64,000 nt of DNA from NCBI GenBank assembly GCA_009914755.4, contig CP086569.2, positions 5,600,001-5,664,000 of the forward strand. The letters run 5' to 3'. How positions within the stretch are numbered: the first letter of the stretch is position 1; every line of letters begins with the position of its first letter. Source of the DNA: the human T2T-CHM13v2.0 reference genome, Homo sapiens. The translations under genes and the position numbers were made by a program. This document shows positions 13,464 through 26,056 of this stretch, one piece after another. The notes under the pieces are model-generated. The model was not told the origin of the DNA. It made no database searches and saw only the letters and a program-made list of their open reading frames with translations.

Positions 13464-14010
13464 AATTACTATATAATCCAGCAATTCCACTTCAAGGTAT
13501 ACACTCAAAAGAATAGAATACTAGTACTAAAATAAATACTTGCACACAAATATTCATAGTAGCACTAGTCACAATTGACAAAAGCTGGACACACCCAAAT
13601 GTCTATAAGTAGCTTAATGGACAAATAAATGGTGTTATATACATAAAATGGAAAATACTTAGCTATAAAAAGGAATAAAGTACCTATATATGCTATAACC
13701 TGAAAAATGTTTTTTGTTAAGACACAAAAGGTCATATATTATATGATCCAATTTATATATAATTTGTGAATAGGCAAATTCACAGAAATGAAAAGTAGAT
13801 TGATGGTTTTCAAAGGCTGGGAGAAAGTGAGAGTGGAGAATAACTGCTTACTGAGTATGTGATATTATTTTGGGGTGATGAAAATGTTTAGAACTAGATA
13901 GAGGTGATTGCACAACATTGTTAATATAATTAATGGTACTGAATTATTTATTTTTAAGCAGCTAATTTTATTGTATGAGAAATTTGCCTCAATTGAAAAT
14001 AACTGGCTCT
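13464..14010 (+). mobile_element. L1M-type element part 2: ORF2 C-terminus and 3'UTR
   Basis: 'ELLYNPAIPLQGIYSKE.NTSTKINTCTQIFIVALVTIDKSWTHPNVYK.LNGQINGVIYIKWKILSYKKE' is a recognisable L1 ORF2p C-terminus. It is followed by the typical L1M tail '...WGDENV.N.IEVIAQHC...'. Confidence 0.7.
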
Positions 14011-14482
14011 GTCTCATTTTTTAAAATCTAACAAATCTGAAGTTTACATTTAATGGCTTAATGTTCTACTCCCTGTTGGATAATATATGCAATCTGATAG
14101 AGGGAGGTAATAATGCTTTAACACAAAGAATTGGTTAATGGTGAACATTTCTGGCAGGGCAAGTTAGATAAATATGGGTTATGGAGGTAGTCAAACCTCA
14201 ATTAATTCAAGTGTAAATGTGTTTTTTCTTACAGAACAATTTTTGTACATTGGTAATAGTGCTACTTCATGATTTTTGCATTTTTATGATTCAAATTTTA
14301 AAATCCTAATTATATATATAGTTAAAATGTAGTGCTCAGATGAGGCTTATTGAACAATTAGGGCTTTATTTCTGAAAGCGTGTGGTCTTAAGTGCTAGTA
14401 CTTTTGAATCCCATGTCTTTAGAAATATTATTATGTATACATATTTTTAAATGATTTGTCTTTTGCAGTAGGAGAGCACCTT

Positions 14483-14821
14483 GTGTCACCAGTGGAGACT
14501 GTCCAGGTTCTTGGCACCTTGAATAAAGAATTGGACAAACCACACAAAGCAAGGAAGGAATGAAGGGGTTTATTGAAAATAAATGTACACTCCACAGTGT
14601 GGGAGCGGGCTCAAGCATAGGGGATCAAGGGCCCCATTACAGTATTTTGGGGAGTTGCAACACCTTCTAGAGGATTCCATCGGTTACTTCGGGTATGCCC
14701 TTTGTAAATGGAGAGGATGAAGTAAAGTTACAAAGTCATTTACTTGGCCTACGCCCTATGGAGAGGATATTTCTTGTCATAGCTGAAGTGTGAATCGGCC
14801 TTATGTTCCCTGCCTCCAGAC
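14483..14821. repeat. ~340-bp interspersed repeat unit, copy 1 of a direct-repeat pair with 26738-27087 (possible LTR of an older ERV, or independent solo copy)
   Basis: It aligns by eye over its whole length with 26738-27087 at roughly 85% identity, same orientation: '...gtccaggttcttggca..ttgaa.aaag.attggacaaa.cacacaaa..atgcaaggaa..aatgaagg..tttattgaaaat.aa.gtacactccac.gtgtgggagc.g.c...cataggg..tcaagggcc.cattacag.atttt.gggagttg.aa.acc.tctag.ggattcca..ggttacttc..gtatgcccta.gtaaatggagaggatgaag.aaagttacaaagtca.ttacttggcctacgcc.atg.ggaggatatttc.tgtcatagctgaag.gtgaat.ggccttatgttccctgcct.ca.accctattttcctgcctca'. Confidence 0.6.
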
Positions 14822-17800
14822 CCTATTTTCCTGCCTCATCTGCCCCGAGAGATGTGATCCTCATACATTTTTATGGGAGGCACAGGGACCAATGGTCTTT
14901 TTTCTGTAACTGCTTTATGCTGGCTTGAGGCACAGTCCCTACCTACTGGGGATCACAAAACTGTCATTCTGCTGTGTCTAGTAGAGGCAAGGTAGCTCCT
15001 TGATGGCCAGGGGTGGTGTCTTCACTTGGAACTGGCTGGACCCTTTGTTGCATGATCATCTAAAGCTTGATGCTTTCTAGGTGAGAGGAAATGAATTTGG
15101 TTAAAAGATTTAATGGGAACTTCATGGGGTGGATACTTCTGCTGTCAGGAATGTTTGTTATAGAGAATTGCAAGAGAAAAAACAAAACCTGGTTTGTTCT
15201 AGAATCTATGTGTTTCCTTAAAGTCTTAGCACAAGTCACTCCATTTGGTTTGGTTTGGACTATTGGGGCCTAGTGCATGAGATTACTTCAAAACAATGGC
15301 CTCCCAGAATTTTGTTTAAAAAATTCCACCTTTTTGGTTAGGTTCTCACTTAGGTGAGAGTTTAACCAAAACTTAGGGCCTTAGCACCACTTAGTCAACA
15401 TCATTTTGGGTTTCTGGTTTCAGCACATTAGGTTATGGTGTCCTCATGGTTGCACATTTCTTTCAGCTCCTGTTATTCCAGCTTAAGAGAGACCATACGA
15501 CATTCTAGAGATGACTGCATGCAAGCATTTAAAACCTTTGAGATAATACAGCACACCAGGGACACTATTATTATGACTATTGGGAGGATAATACCAACAG
15601 TTTGGACTATGCTCCTTACCCAATGTCCCCATAAACCAAACTTCCTAAAATCAAATAGATCAAAGACTGACTTAACTAAGCAGTTTCTTCATTAATCCAC
15701 TACCACTGAATTTCTATAATTCTCATTTGATGTATTCCTTTATAGGTCACAAGTTCCAGAAGCTGCACAGATACTTTTCTGTTCAGCCAATCCCATTATA
15801 AGTTTCACAATAGAATTTAAAGTCTTGTGAAATTGTAGCCTTTACAGTATTATTTGCTATAGAGCCTATCATGGGGGATACATTTCTAGTTATTGCCTCT
15901 TTCACTATGGAAAAAGGAAGTAACAGACAATGCCCTTCTAGAAGAATGAAGACCTCCTGGCAATGCTCTTTTTAACCCCTGATGTGGGTCAACAGGGGTG
16001 AACCAATGTTTTATTTTTGACTGATTATGAGGCAACACATGTACCATTAAAGTTTCGTACCTATGTTGGGTCTTTATCTTTGATTTTTCATAGTATAAGT
16101 TTATCCATGTTTAAGGCTGGCTGCAAACCCCTTCCCAAATAAAAATATACCCCATAAGTGGCCATAACAGACCCCTTTTTCACTTCTATTCCTCATAGAG
16201 GCAGAAGCAAGGAAAAAATATTCAAAGAGCTTCATGATAGTAGAAGTCTTAATCTGTAAACTTGGGGAAAGCTGTTTACATAAAGGATGCCATCTTTTTC
16301 TTGGGAGAAATTTCCCTGGTTAGTTTTATCTTAAGGGTTCCAAAGGGTGTACAGCTCCAAGAGTGTGGAGGGACCCTTCTCAACTGCAAGACCATGAACC
16401 CAAAGCCCAGGGTCCCAAAGTTTTGTTGTAGTGTGCGTAGCAAGGACAGTTTTTTCCTGATGTTTCCAGAATATTCAAACTATAAAAGCTTTCTTTACCT
16501 GATGAAAATACACTGTAGCATAATAATCTTCTCTTATAACATCAGCCCTCTTGCATGGGAAAGCTTTTATACAACCAGAAAAGATGCATTAAAAGTAACA
16601 ATTGAATGAAATCCCTTTATAAAGTGTTTAAATGGCCTACCAGGTAACCAAGTGTAACTGCAGCTTTAATTGTTTTTCCAGAAATATGGGGCCAAACATT
16701 GGTTATAAACTATTCTAGTAATTTGTAAGATACCACACCTATGTATTCAATTTGGATTATTTTATATTTTTCATGATGAATTATGGAATGCAGAACTGTT
16801 AATAATAAAAGCTTTAAGGGCTCAGGAAGGACAAGAAGGCCATCCTGGTTCTCCACGAACCCATGCTTAATTAACATTAGACTTATATCCTCTTGAATAC
16901 CAGTTGTATTTCCAAATTTGGTGCATAGCACTGACAAGGAAATTCGGTTATTTCTGTGATTTACAATAACTTAACATAATAACCATAATTATAATTGACA
17001 GTATATATTTAGATATTAGAATTTTAGCAATCTCATACAATTTTGGAACATATATTAGTATTAGTCACAAAAATATGACCCAAACAATATTAAGCATCAT
17101 TTTGACAATCTCGTGTAACTAAACACGTTAAATAATCCTGTTTATCTCCTTTCTGGATGTTTTAAGGGGCCCTCTGATTCATCCTAAAAGCCAGCCACCA
17201 AGAAAGACAATTTTGGAACTGAAGTTTGATTTTGGAATTTCAGATTACCATAAATTATTTATTTTGCCAAAATGATGACTTAGGGATTTAAATAAGTAAA
17301 AACTTTTTTATAATCTTTAACCCCCCACAAAAAATCCAAATTCTACTGTTTTTACACATTTTGCATGTAAAGCTGTGTCTAGTAGTGTTAATTGCATGTT
17401 ACAATGGCAAATTTTAATATAAATCCTGGTAAGTTGTGTTCTGATAAGGTTTGACTATCTCCAGCACAGCTAGGAATGTGGCCAACTCCACATGTCCCCA
17501 GGCCTTACCTAGCTGGAAAGCAGACAAGTTAAACAATTTTCAAAAGCCAAACAAGCAGCTTATGACCTTAACGCATTTAGCAAACCTAACATTTGAACAT
17601 AATTTAGACCACATGTTTACATTATGAAGACATTTGTATTTTACCAGTAATCTTTAAAACTATCTTTATTTCCCAAAGATCACTCAAGTTACATGAACTA
17701 AATAAAAGGCATTATATTTTTCACTTTTCTGACAAAATATTTAAGATCTTATTATTAAGCCAATTAATTTAAAACTTTACAGAGGAAATAAACAGTGACT

Positions 17801-18133
17801 TTTACTTTATGTTAGGCAAAGAGAGAAATATGACTTAAATTGTATCTAGGAGCGTATACTCAACACACTTAAAGTATCAGGAAGCCTAAAATCCAAAAAG
17901 TTAGTTTAAGGTTAAAAGGCTGGTGTGCTCTATCAATTCCTCTCGGCCCATCAAAGGTAGCCTAGGAATTCCAAATAAATGGAAGAAATGATGACTTGCT
18001 AGAAATGCATAGGAAACAAAATAACTATTCACAGAAACAAAAGCCTTCCACTAGAAACTAAAACAAAAATGTTTTTTTTATATATGCAAACACAAGCAAA
18101 GCCAGAGAAGAATAAACAGTGAACAAATGAAAA

Positions 18134-18800
18134 CTAGAAGTAAACCGTCTGGGAAGTGAGGAGCGCCTCTGCCCGGCCCCCACACCGTGTAGGAAGTGAA
18201 GAGGCCTCTGCCCGGGCCGCAATGTCTGGGAAGCTAGGAACGCCTCTGCCCAGCGGCCTCACCATCTGAGAAGTGAGGAGCGCCTCTGCCCAGACGCCCC
18301 ACCATCTGGGAAGTGAGGAGCCTCTCTGCCCGGCCGCCCCATCGTCTGGAAAGTGAGGAGCCCCTCTGCCCGGCTGCCCCACTGTCTGGGAAGTGGGGAG
18401 CACATCTGCCCGGCCGTCCCACCATCTGGGAAGTGAGGTGACCCTCTGCCCGGCCGCCGCCCCGACTGGGACGTGAGAAGCGCCTCTGCCTGGATGCCCT
18501 ACCGTCTGTGAAGTGAGGAGCGCCTCTGCCTGGCTGCCACACCTTCTGGGAAGTGAGGAGCGCCTCTGCCCTGTGGCGGTCCTGCCTGGGAAGTGAGATG
18601 CGCCTCTGCCCTGTGGCGGTCCTGCCTGGGAAGTGAGATGCGCCTCTGCCTGGCGGCCACACTTGACTAATGCCTCTGCACCACTGCGCCACCGTCTGGG
18701 AAGTAAGGAGCGCCTCTCCCTGGCCGCCCCACCGTCTGAGAAGTGAGGAGCGCCGTTGCCCGGCCGCCGCTGTGCAACCCTCCAAGTATGAAGTGGCAGT
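18134..18800 (+). repeat. GC-rich minisatellite (VNTR), ~16-17 units of ~37-41 bp, SVA-VNTR-like unit '(c)accgtctgggaagtgaggagcgcctctgcccggccgcccc'
   Basis: Direct reading shows tandem units with substitutions, including a perfect 37-bp doubled unit 'ctgccctgtggcggtcctgcctgggaagtgagatgcgc' at ~18575-18650. The unit matches what I recall of the SVA VNTR module. No SINE-R, Alu-like or (CCCTCT)n modules and no poly-A/TSD adjoin it. The 189-aa minus-strand ORF (18234-18803) is a translation artefact of the repeat, with periodic '...GRGAPHF.D..AAGQRGSSL...'. Confidence 0.8.
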
Positions 18801-20391
18801 CATGTGTGTGATCTTTATGCCCTCCCCAAGTTTGCATTTTTGACATTAAAGTTTACTTTTAAATTAAAAAGAGAAAGACAACTAGAAGCAAAAACAAACA
18901 GAAAACCAACCCTAAATTTTCCCACTTAATTTACCCTGGAGGCTACAGTGTTACCTAGGGCCAAAAAAACCCCACATAATGAATGTTTTATTCCTGATAC
19001 ACAATTCAATATCCTTAAGCTCACTAATATTATCATACATCTTTTGCAATCAATAAATTTACCTTAGGCACATGACTGATCAGTACTCCAGTGCCAGCGC
19101 TGTCCATGCAACACAATAAACATAGTGTGAAGCAATGCAAGCATGTATGTGAAATTTGGCTCCACATTAACTCCAGCTTCATGCTTAACTATGTAAAAAA
19201 GGAATAGCCAAACTGCCGATGCATTTCTTTACAATTCTTCTTATTTAACTTTAATCAAGACTAAGAGCTTTAACTATGAAAATGTTAATTAGCCAAATGT
19301 CTTCAATTATCAGGTTTTAAGAAATATTTTATTATTGAAACTTTTTTCACATCTTTCTCTCCTATTTAATGATTCCTTATTGCATTGTTTTATAAATAAC
19401 CTTTTCGAATCTGTAAATTAAACTAACTTTTAGATAACTTCTGAATTAGAAAAAATTATTCTTTTTTCCACTAATAACATAAACTTTCTGGCACATTTTG
19501 TATACAGAATTACCAGTTAACTAAATTTTTTATCTTTGGTAACCTAAAGCTTTAGTGAAACCCTAAAAAGCAAGAAATCCTGAGCTATCAGATATGGGCA
19601 TTTATAGATAAAAACAATTCCACAATTTTAGAAACATATTTCCCAATATCACAACCCTTTCTTAATTGGAAATGACCCAAATATTAAGTGAGCATTAAAA
19701 TAAGTTTAAGATTTTAATTTACAAGAAAAGTTTATCTAAAACATTTATCCCATTCGCTGTACTTAATTTTTACTTTTAAGGAGGGAGACACAAGACATCA
19801 ATCGGCATATGTAAAATGAACATCACATTGGTCTGGAAAGGCAGGAGAACTTGAGGCAGGTTGGGGGAATGGGGGCTTTCAGATTCAGGTAGTTGGAAGA
19901 CAAAAAGTTGCATTCTTTTGAGTTTCTGATTAGCCTTTCCAAAGGAAGCAATCAGATCTGCACTCATCTCAGTGAGACTTTGAATAGAATGGGAGGCAGG
20001 CTTGCCCCAAGCAACTCCCAGCTTGAATTAACAATGACATTTTAAAATATCTAGCGAAGACAAACATAAAATTCAGACAAAATGTATGCTGACAATTCTA
20101 AAGGCATTTCTATTTTTATTCCACCAATAATTTTAAAGCTGTCTTGTTTAGTAAAGTTATACTTTAAGTCATGTGAACTTGAAAATAGCTTAGACTTACT
20201 TAATTTATGAGCGCTCATTTACTTACAAGCCAATTTGGTAGACACAACATATAACAATAAGTGTACATACAAATAAACACATCTAAACATATATATATAT
20301 ACACACATAAACAAAGATCTAATAGCTTGGGACCTTAGCCATGAGACAGCAATACAATACTTCGCCAGTTTTACTTTGCCCCAATAGATAA

Positions 20392-20764
<373 letters not shown>

Positions 20765-21123
20765 ATTTTTAAAGGCCAAACCTCCCCAGATTCCAAAAAG
20801 CACTGAGGCCAAACAGTACCAAAGGAGGGCATCACATATTAAACAGGCCTTCTGCTTAGAACAGCAGCACAAAAGCCTGGATACATGCAACACCATCCCA
20901 CTTTCTGATTAGACAGCAAAGTTCAGATTCTGAACAATTTTGGAGCCAAGCATCATTGCAAGTGAGAGAGAAAATTCTAAAGAGGGCTTAATACTAGACC
21001 TCAGAACCTCTGCAGAGTGTCCCTTTGGGCAGGTTGAGGTCTGCAGGATTACCTGGAGCATTCTCCAGATGTCTCTGCCTTTAGGTGGGCACCGGTGCCA
21101 CTTTGCATGCGTTCCCTCCGGAG

Positions 21124-21128
21124 CCTAC
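21124..21128. repeat. TSD of HERV-H provirus: CCTAC (5' copy; 3' copy at 26057-26061)
   Basis: 5' flank '...ccggagCCTAC|tgtcaggcc'; 3' flank '...gcgcatgaaa|CCTACtatgagc'. A 5-bp TSD is typical of gamma-type ERV integration. Confidence 0.7.
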
Positions 21129-21580
21129 TGTCAGGCCTCTGAGCCCAAGCCAAGCCATTGCATCCCCTGTGACTTGCACGCATACGCCCAGATGGCCTGA
21201 AGTAACTGAAGAATCACAAAGGAAGTGAATATGCCCTGCCCCACCTTAATTGATGACATTCCACCACAAAAGAAGTGTAAATGGCCGGTCCTTGCCTTAA
21301 CTGATGACATTACCTTGTGAAAGTCCTTTTCCTGGCTCATCCTGGCTCAAAAAGCACCCCCACTGAGCACCTTGCGACCCCCACTCCTGCCCGCCAAGGA
21401 ACAACCCCCTTTGACTGTAATTTTCCTTTACCTACCCAAATCCTATAAAACGGCCCCACCCTTATCTCCCTTTGCTGACTCTCTTTTTGGACTCAGCCCA
21501 CCTGCACCCAGGTGAAATAAACAGCCATGTTGCTCACACAAAGCCTGTTTGGTGGTCTCTTCACACGGACGCGCATGAAA
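21129..21580 (+). mobile_element. HERV-H 5' LTR (LTR7-type)
   Basis: It begins 'tgtcaggcctctgagcccaagccaagccattgcatcccctgtgacttgcacg...' and ends '...ctcttcacacggacgcgcatgaaa'. It contains the TATA-like 'tataaaa' (21444-21450) and the poly-A signal 'aataaa' (21516-21521). It is ~95% identical to the 3' LTR copy at 25605-26056. The match to the LTR7 consensus is from memory. Confidence 0.85.
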
Positions 21581-21582
21581 TT

Positions 21583-21600
21583 TGGTGCCGTGACTCGGAT
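21583..21600 (+). promoter_or_regulatory. Primer-binding site complementary to tRNA-His 3' end (tggtgccgtgactcggat)
   Basis: It lies 2 nt downstream of the 5' LTR end. An 18-nt tRNA-His PBS is the defining feature of HERV-H. Confidence 0.8.
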
Positions 21601-24600
21601 CGGGGGACCTCCCTGGGGAGATCAATCCCCTGTCCTCCTGCTCTTTGCTCCGTGAGAAAGATCCACCTAGGACCTCAGGTCCTCAGACCGACCAGCCCAA
21701 GAAACATCTCACCAATTTCAAATCCGGTAAGCAGCCTCTTTTTACTCTCTTCTCCAACCTCCTTCACTATCCCTCAACCTCTTTCTCCTTTCAATCTTGG
21801 TGCCGCACTTCAATCTCTCTCTTCTCTTAATTTCAATTCCTTTCATTTTCTGGTAGAGACAAAGGAGACACGTTTTATCCATGGACCCAAAACTCCGGCA
21901 CCGGTCACGGACTGGGAAGGCAGCCTTCCCTTGGTGTTTAATCATTGCAGGGATGCCTCTCTGATTATACACTCACATTTCAAGGGTGTCAGACCACGCA
22001 GGGACGCCTGCCTTAGTCCTTCACCCTTAGCGGCAAGTCCCGCTTTCCTGGGGAAGGGGCAAATACCCCTCAACCCCTTCTCTCCTTGTCTCTACCCCTT
22101 CTGTGCTTTTCTGGGGCAGGGGCAAATACCCCTCAACCCCCTCTCCTTCACCCTTAGCGGCAAGCCCTGCTTTCCTGGGGCAGGGGCAAGTACCCCTCAA
22201 CCCCTTCTCCTTCACCCTTAGCAGCAAGTCCTGCTTTCCTAGGCAGCAAGAACCCCCCAATCGCTTATTTCCACGCCCCAAGCTCTTATCTCTGTGCCCC
22301 AATCCCTTATTTCCGCACCCTGACCTCTTATCTCTGTGCCCCAATCCCTTATTTCTGTGCCCCAACTCCTTCTCTGCTTTTCTGGAGGGCAAGAACCCCC
22401 CACCCCTTCTCCGTGTCTCTACTCTTTTCTCTGGGCTTGCCTCCTTCACTATGGGTAAGCTTCCACCTTCCATTCCTCCTTCTTCTCCCTTAGCCTATAT
22501 TCTTAAGAACTTAAAACCTCTTCAACTCACACCTGACCTAAAACCTAAATGCCTTATTTTCTTCTGCAATGCCGCTTGACCCCAATACAAACTCGACAGT
22601 AGTTCTAAATAGCCAGAAAATGGCACTTTGAATTTTTCCATCCTGCAAAATCTAAATAATTCTTGTCGTAAAATAGGCAAACGGTCTGAGGTGCCTGATG
22701 TCCAGGCATTCTTTTACACATCAGTCCCTTCCTAGTCTCTGTGCCCACTGCAACTCATCCCAAATCTTCCTTCTTTCCCTCCCACCTGTCCCCTCAGTAC
22801 CAACCCCAAGCGTCTCTGAGTCTTTCTCATCTTCCTTTTCTATAGACCCATCTGACCTCTCCCTTCCTCCCCAGGCTGCTCCTCGCCAGGCTGAGCTAGG
22901 TCCCAATTCTTCCTCAGCCTCCGCTCCTCCACCCAATAATCCTTTTATCACCTCCCCTCCTCACACCTGGTCCTGCTTACAGTTTCGTCCTGTGACTAGC
23001 CCTCCCCCACCTGCCCAGCAATTTACTCTTAAAAAGGTGGCTGGAGCTAAAGGCAGAGTCAAGGTTAATGCTCCTTTTTCTTTATCCCAAATCAGATAGC
23101 GTTTAGGCTCTTTTTCATCAAATATAAAAATCCAGCCCAGTTCATGGCTCGTTCGGCAGCAACCCTGAGACACTTTACAGCCCTAGACCCTAAAAGGTCA
23201 AAAGGCCATCTTATTCTCAATATACATTTTATTACTCAATCTGCTCCCGACATTAAATAAAACTCCAAAAACTGGAATCTGGCCCTCAAACCCCACAACA
23301 GGACTTAATTAACCTCACCTTCAAGGTGTGCAATAACATAAAAAAGTTGCAACTCCTTGCCTCCACTGTGAGACAAACCCCAGCCACATCTCCAGCACAC
23401 AAGAACTTCCAAATGCCTGAACTGCAGTGGCCAGGCATTCCTCCAGAACCTCCTCCCCTAGGAGCTTGCTACACGTGCCAGAAATCTGGCCACTGGGCCA
23501 AGGAATGCCTGCAGCCCAGGATTCCTCCTAAGCTGCATCCCATCTGTGTGGGACCCCACTGAAAATCGGACTGTTCAACTCACCTGGCAGCCACTCCCAG
23601 AGCCCCTGGAACTCTGGCCCAAGGCTCTCTGACTGACTCCTTCCCAGATCTTCTCGGCTTAGCAGCTGAAGACTGACACTGCTCGATTGCCTCGGAAGCC
23701 CCCTAGACCATCACGGACGCCGAGCTTTAGGTAACTTTCACAGTGGAGGGTAAGTCTGTCCCCTTCTTAATCAATACAGAGGCTACCCACTCCACATTAC
23801 CTTCTTTTCAAGGGCCTGTTTCCCTTGCCTCCATAACTGTTGTGGGTATTGACAGCCAGGCTTCTAAACCTCTTAAAACTCCCCAACTCTGGCGCCAACT
23901 TAGACAATACTCTTTTATGCACTCTTTTTTAGTTATCCCCATCTGCCCAGTTCCCTTATTAGGCTGAGATATTTTAACCAAATTATCTGCTTCCCTGACT
24001 ATTCCTGCACTATAGCCGCATCTCATTGCTGCCCTTCTTCCCAATCCAAAGCCTCCTTTGCGTCCTCCTCTTGTATTCCCCCACCTTAACCCAGAAGTAT
24101 AAGATACCTCTACTCCCTCCTTGGCGACCGATCACGCACCCCTTACCATCTCATTAAAACCTAATCACCCTTACGCCGCTCAACACCAATATCCCATCCC
24201 ACAGCATGCTTTAAAAGGATTAAAGCCTGTTATCACTCACCTGCTACAGCATGGGCTTCTAAAACCTATAAACTCTCTTTGCCATTCCCCCATTTTACCT
24301 GTCCTAAAACCAGACAAGCCTTACAAGTTAGTTCAGAATCTGCGCTTTATCAACCAAATTGTTTTGCCTATCCACCCCATGGTGCCAAACCCATATACTC
24401 TCCTATCCTCAATAGCTCCCTCTACTACCCATTATTCTGTTCTGGATCTCAAACCTGCTTTCTTTACTATTCCTTTGCACCCTTCATCCCAGCCTCTCTT
24501 TGTCTTCACTTAGACTGACCCTGACACCCATTAGGCTCAGCAAATTACCTGGGCTGTACTGACGCAAGGCTTCACAGACAGCCCCCATTACTTCAGTCAA

Positions 24601-25591
24601 GCCCAAATTTCATCCTCATCTGTTACCTATTCGGCATAATTCTCATAAAAACACACGTGCTCTCCCTGCTGATCGTGTCCGATTAATCTCCCAAACCTCA
24701 ATCCCTTACAAAAGAATAACTGCTTTCCTTCCTAGGCATGGTTAGTGTGGTCAGAATTCTTACACAAGAGCCAGGACCACACTGTGTAGCCTTTCTGTCC
24801 AAACAACTTGACCTTACTGTTTTAGCCTAGCCCTCATGTCTGCGTGCAGCGGCTGCCACTGCTTTAATACTGTTAGAGGCCCTAAAAATCACAAACTATG
24901 CTCAACTCACTCTCTACATTTCCCATAACTTCCAAAATCTATTTTCTTCAGAATTCAGGCCTGTCCTCAGAATGCTACAAGGTACAGCCAATTTAAGCTC
25001 CTGTATAGACGTTCCTTTTTATTAGGCCCCAGTCTCATTCAACACCAGACCAACTTAGACTGTGCCCCAAAAAAACTTGTCATCCCTACCATCTTTTGTC
25101 TAGTCATACTCCTATTCACCGTTCTCAACTACTCATACATGCCCTGCTCTTGTTTACACTGCCGGTTTACACTGTTTCTCCAAGCCATCACAGCTGATAT
25201 CTCCTGGTGCTATCCCCAAACTGCCACTCTAAACTCTTGAAGTAAATAAATAATCTTTACTGGTAGGACTATGCTGAATCTCCTCAGGCACTATACCTGT
25301 TTTTCTCCTTCTGTTATTCCATTTAGTTTTTCAATTCATACAAAACCGTATCCAGGCCATCACCAATCATTCTATACAACAAATGTTTCTTCTAACATCC
25401 CCACGATATCACCCCTTACCACAAGATCTCCTTTCAGCTTAATCTCTCCCACTCTAGGTTCCCACACCGCCCCTAATCCCGCTCGAAGCAGCCCTGAGAA
25501 ACATCGTCCACTCTCTCTCCATACCACCCCCCAAAAATTTTCGCCGCCCCAACACTTCAACACTATTTTGTTTTATTTCTCTTATTAATAT
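21601..25591 (+). pseudogene. HERV-H internal region, heavily deleted and coding-dead (leader repeats, gag remnant, pro remnant, partial RT; most of pol and env missing)
   Basis: gag: ORF 22698-23099 is a proline-rich MA/p12-like remnant; the ORF at 23326-23562 contains the CCHC nucleocapsid zinc knuckle 'CYTCQKSGHWAKEC' (23467-23508). pro: 'VPFLINTEATHS' (23755-23790) is a degenerate 'LIDTGA' active site (D->N, G->E). RT: ORF 24121-24513 contains 'LVQNLRFINQ' and 'YSVLDLKPAFF' (the 'LDLKDAFF' motif with D->P). The internal region is only ~4.0 kb, so the element is deleted. Confidence 0.75.
22010..22250 (+). repeat. Tandem repeat in HERV-H leader: ~65-70-bp unit '...cacccttagcggcaagtcccgctttcctggggcaggggcaaatacccctcaaccccttctcc...' x ~3.5
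   Basis: Direct reading. It is followed at ~22265-22375 by ~4 copies of a ~25-bp unit 'gccccaatcccttatttctgt'. Confidence 0.8.
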
Positions 25592-25604
25592 AAGAAGGCA
25601 GAAA
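25592..25604 (+). promoter_or_regulatory. Polypurine tract (aagaaggcagaaa) immediately 5' of the 3' LTR
   Basis: A purine run abuts the 'tgtcagg' LTR start at 25605. Confidence 0.6.
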
Positions 25605-26056
25605 TGTCAGGCCTCTGAGCCCAAGTCAAGCCATCGCATCCCCTGTGACTTGCACGTATAAGCCCAGATGGCCTGAAGTAACTGAAGAATCACAAAAGAA
25701 GTGAATATGCCCTGCCCCACCTTAACTGATGACATTCCACCACAACAGAAGTGTAAATGCCAGTCCTTGCCTTAACTGATGACGTTACCTTGTGAAATTC
25801 CTTCTCCTGGCTCATCCTGGCTCAAAAAGCACCCCCACTGAGCACCTTGCGACCCCCACTCCGGCCCACCAGAGAACAAACCCCCTTTGACTGTAATTTT
25901 CCTTTACCTACCCAAATCCTATAAAACGGCCCCACCCCTATCTCCCTTTGCTGACTCTCTTTTCGGACTCAGCCCACCTGCACGCAGGTGAAATAAACAG
26001 CCATGTTGCTCACACAAAGCCTGTTTGGTGGTCTCTTCACACGGACGCGCATGAAA
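25605..26056 (+). mobile_element. HERV-H 3' LTR (LTR7-type)
   Basis: It aligns base-for-base with 21129-21580 with ~21 mismatches over ~452 bp, and has the same TATA-like and AATAAA positions (25923-25929 'tataaaa'; 25994-25999 'aataaa'). Confidence 0.85.

Noticed and set aside
14822-18133. Possible ERV env/pol coding remnants on the minus strand between the lower 340-bp repeat and the VNTR
   Set aside because: Only one weak, frameshifted env-TM-like stretch (~15880-16010) could be read by eye, with no YXDD, integrase HHCC/DDE or protease DTG motifs. It is kept as a hypothesis in the findings and not annotated as a feature.
18234-18803. 189-aa minus-strand ORF with periodic 'GRGAPHFPD..AAGQRGSSL' sequence (and overlapping 89-aa ORF)
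   Set aside because: It lies exactly on the 40-bp GC-rich minisatellite. The periodicity in protein space is the tandem DNA repeat read in frame. It has no start context and no homology. It is not a gene.
21472-22221. 249-aa + strand ORF, the longest ORF in the supplied track
   Set aside because: It begins inside the HERV-H 5' LTR U5, runs through the tRNA-His PBS and the leader tandem repeats, is proline/serine/leucine-rich and low-complexity, and has no similarity to gag or anything else. It is an artefact of the repetitive non-coding leader.
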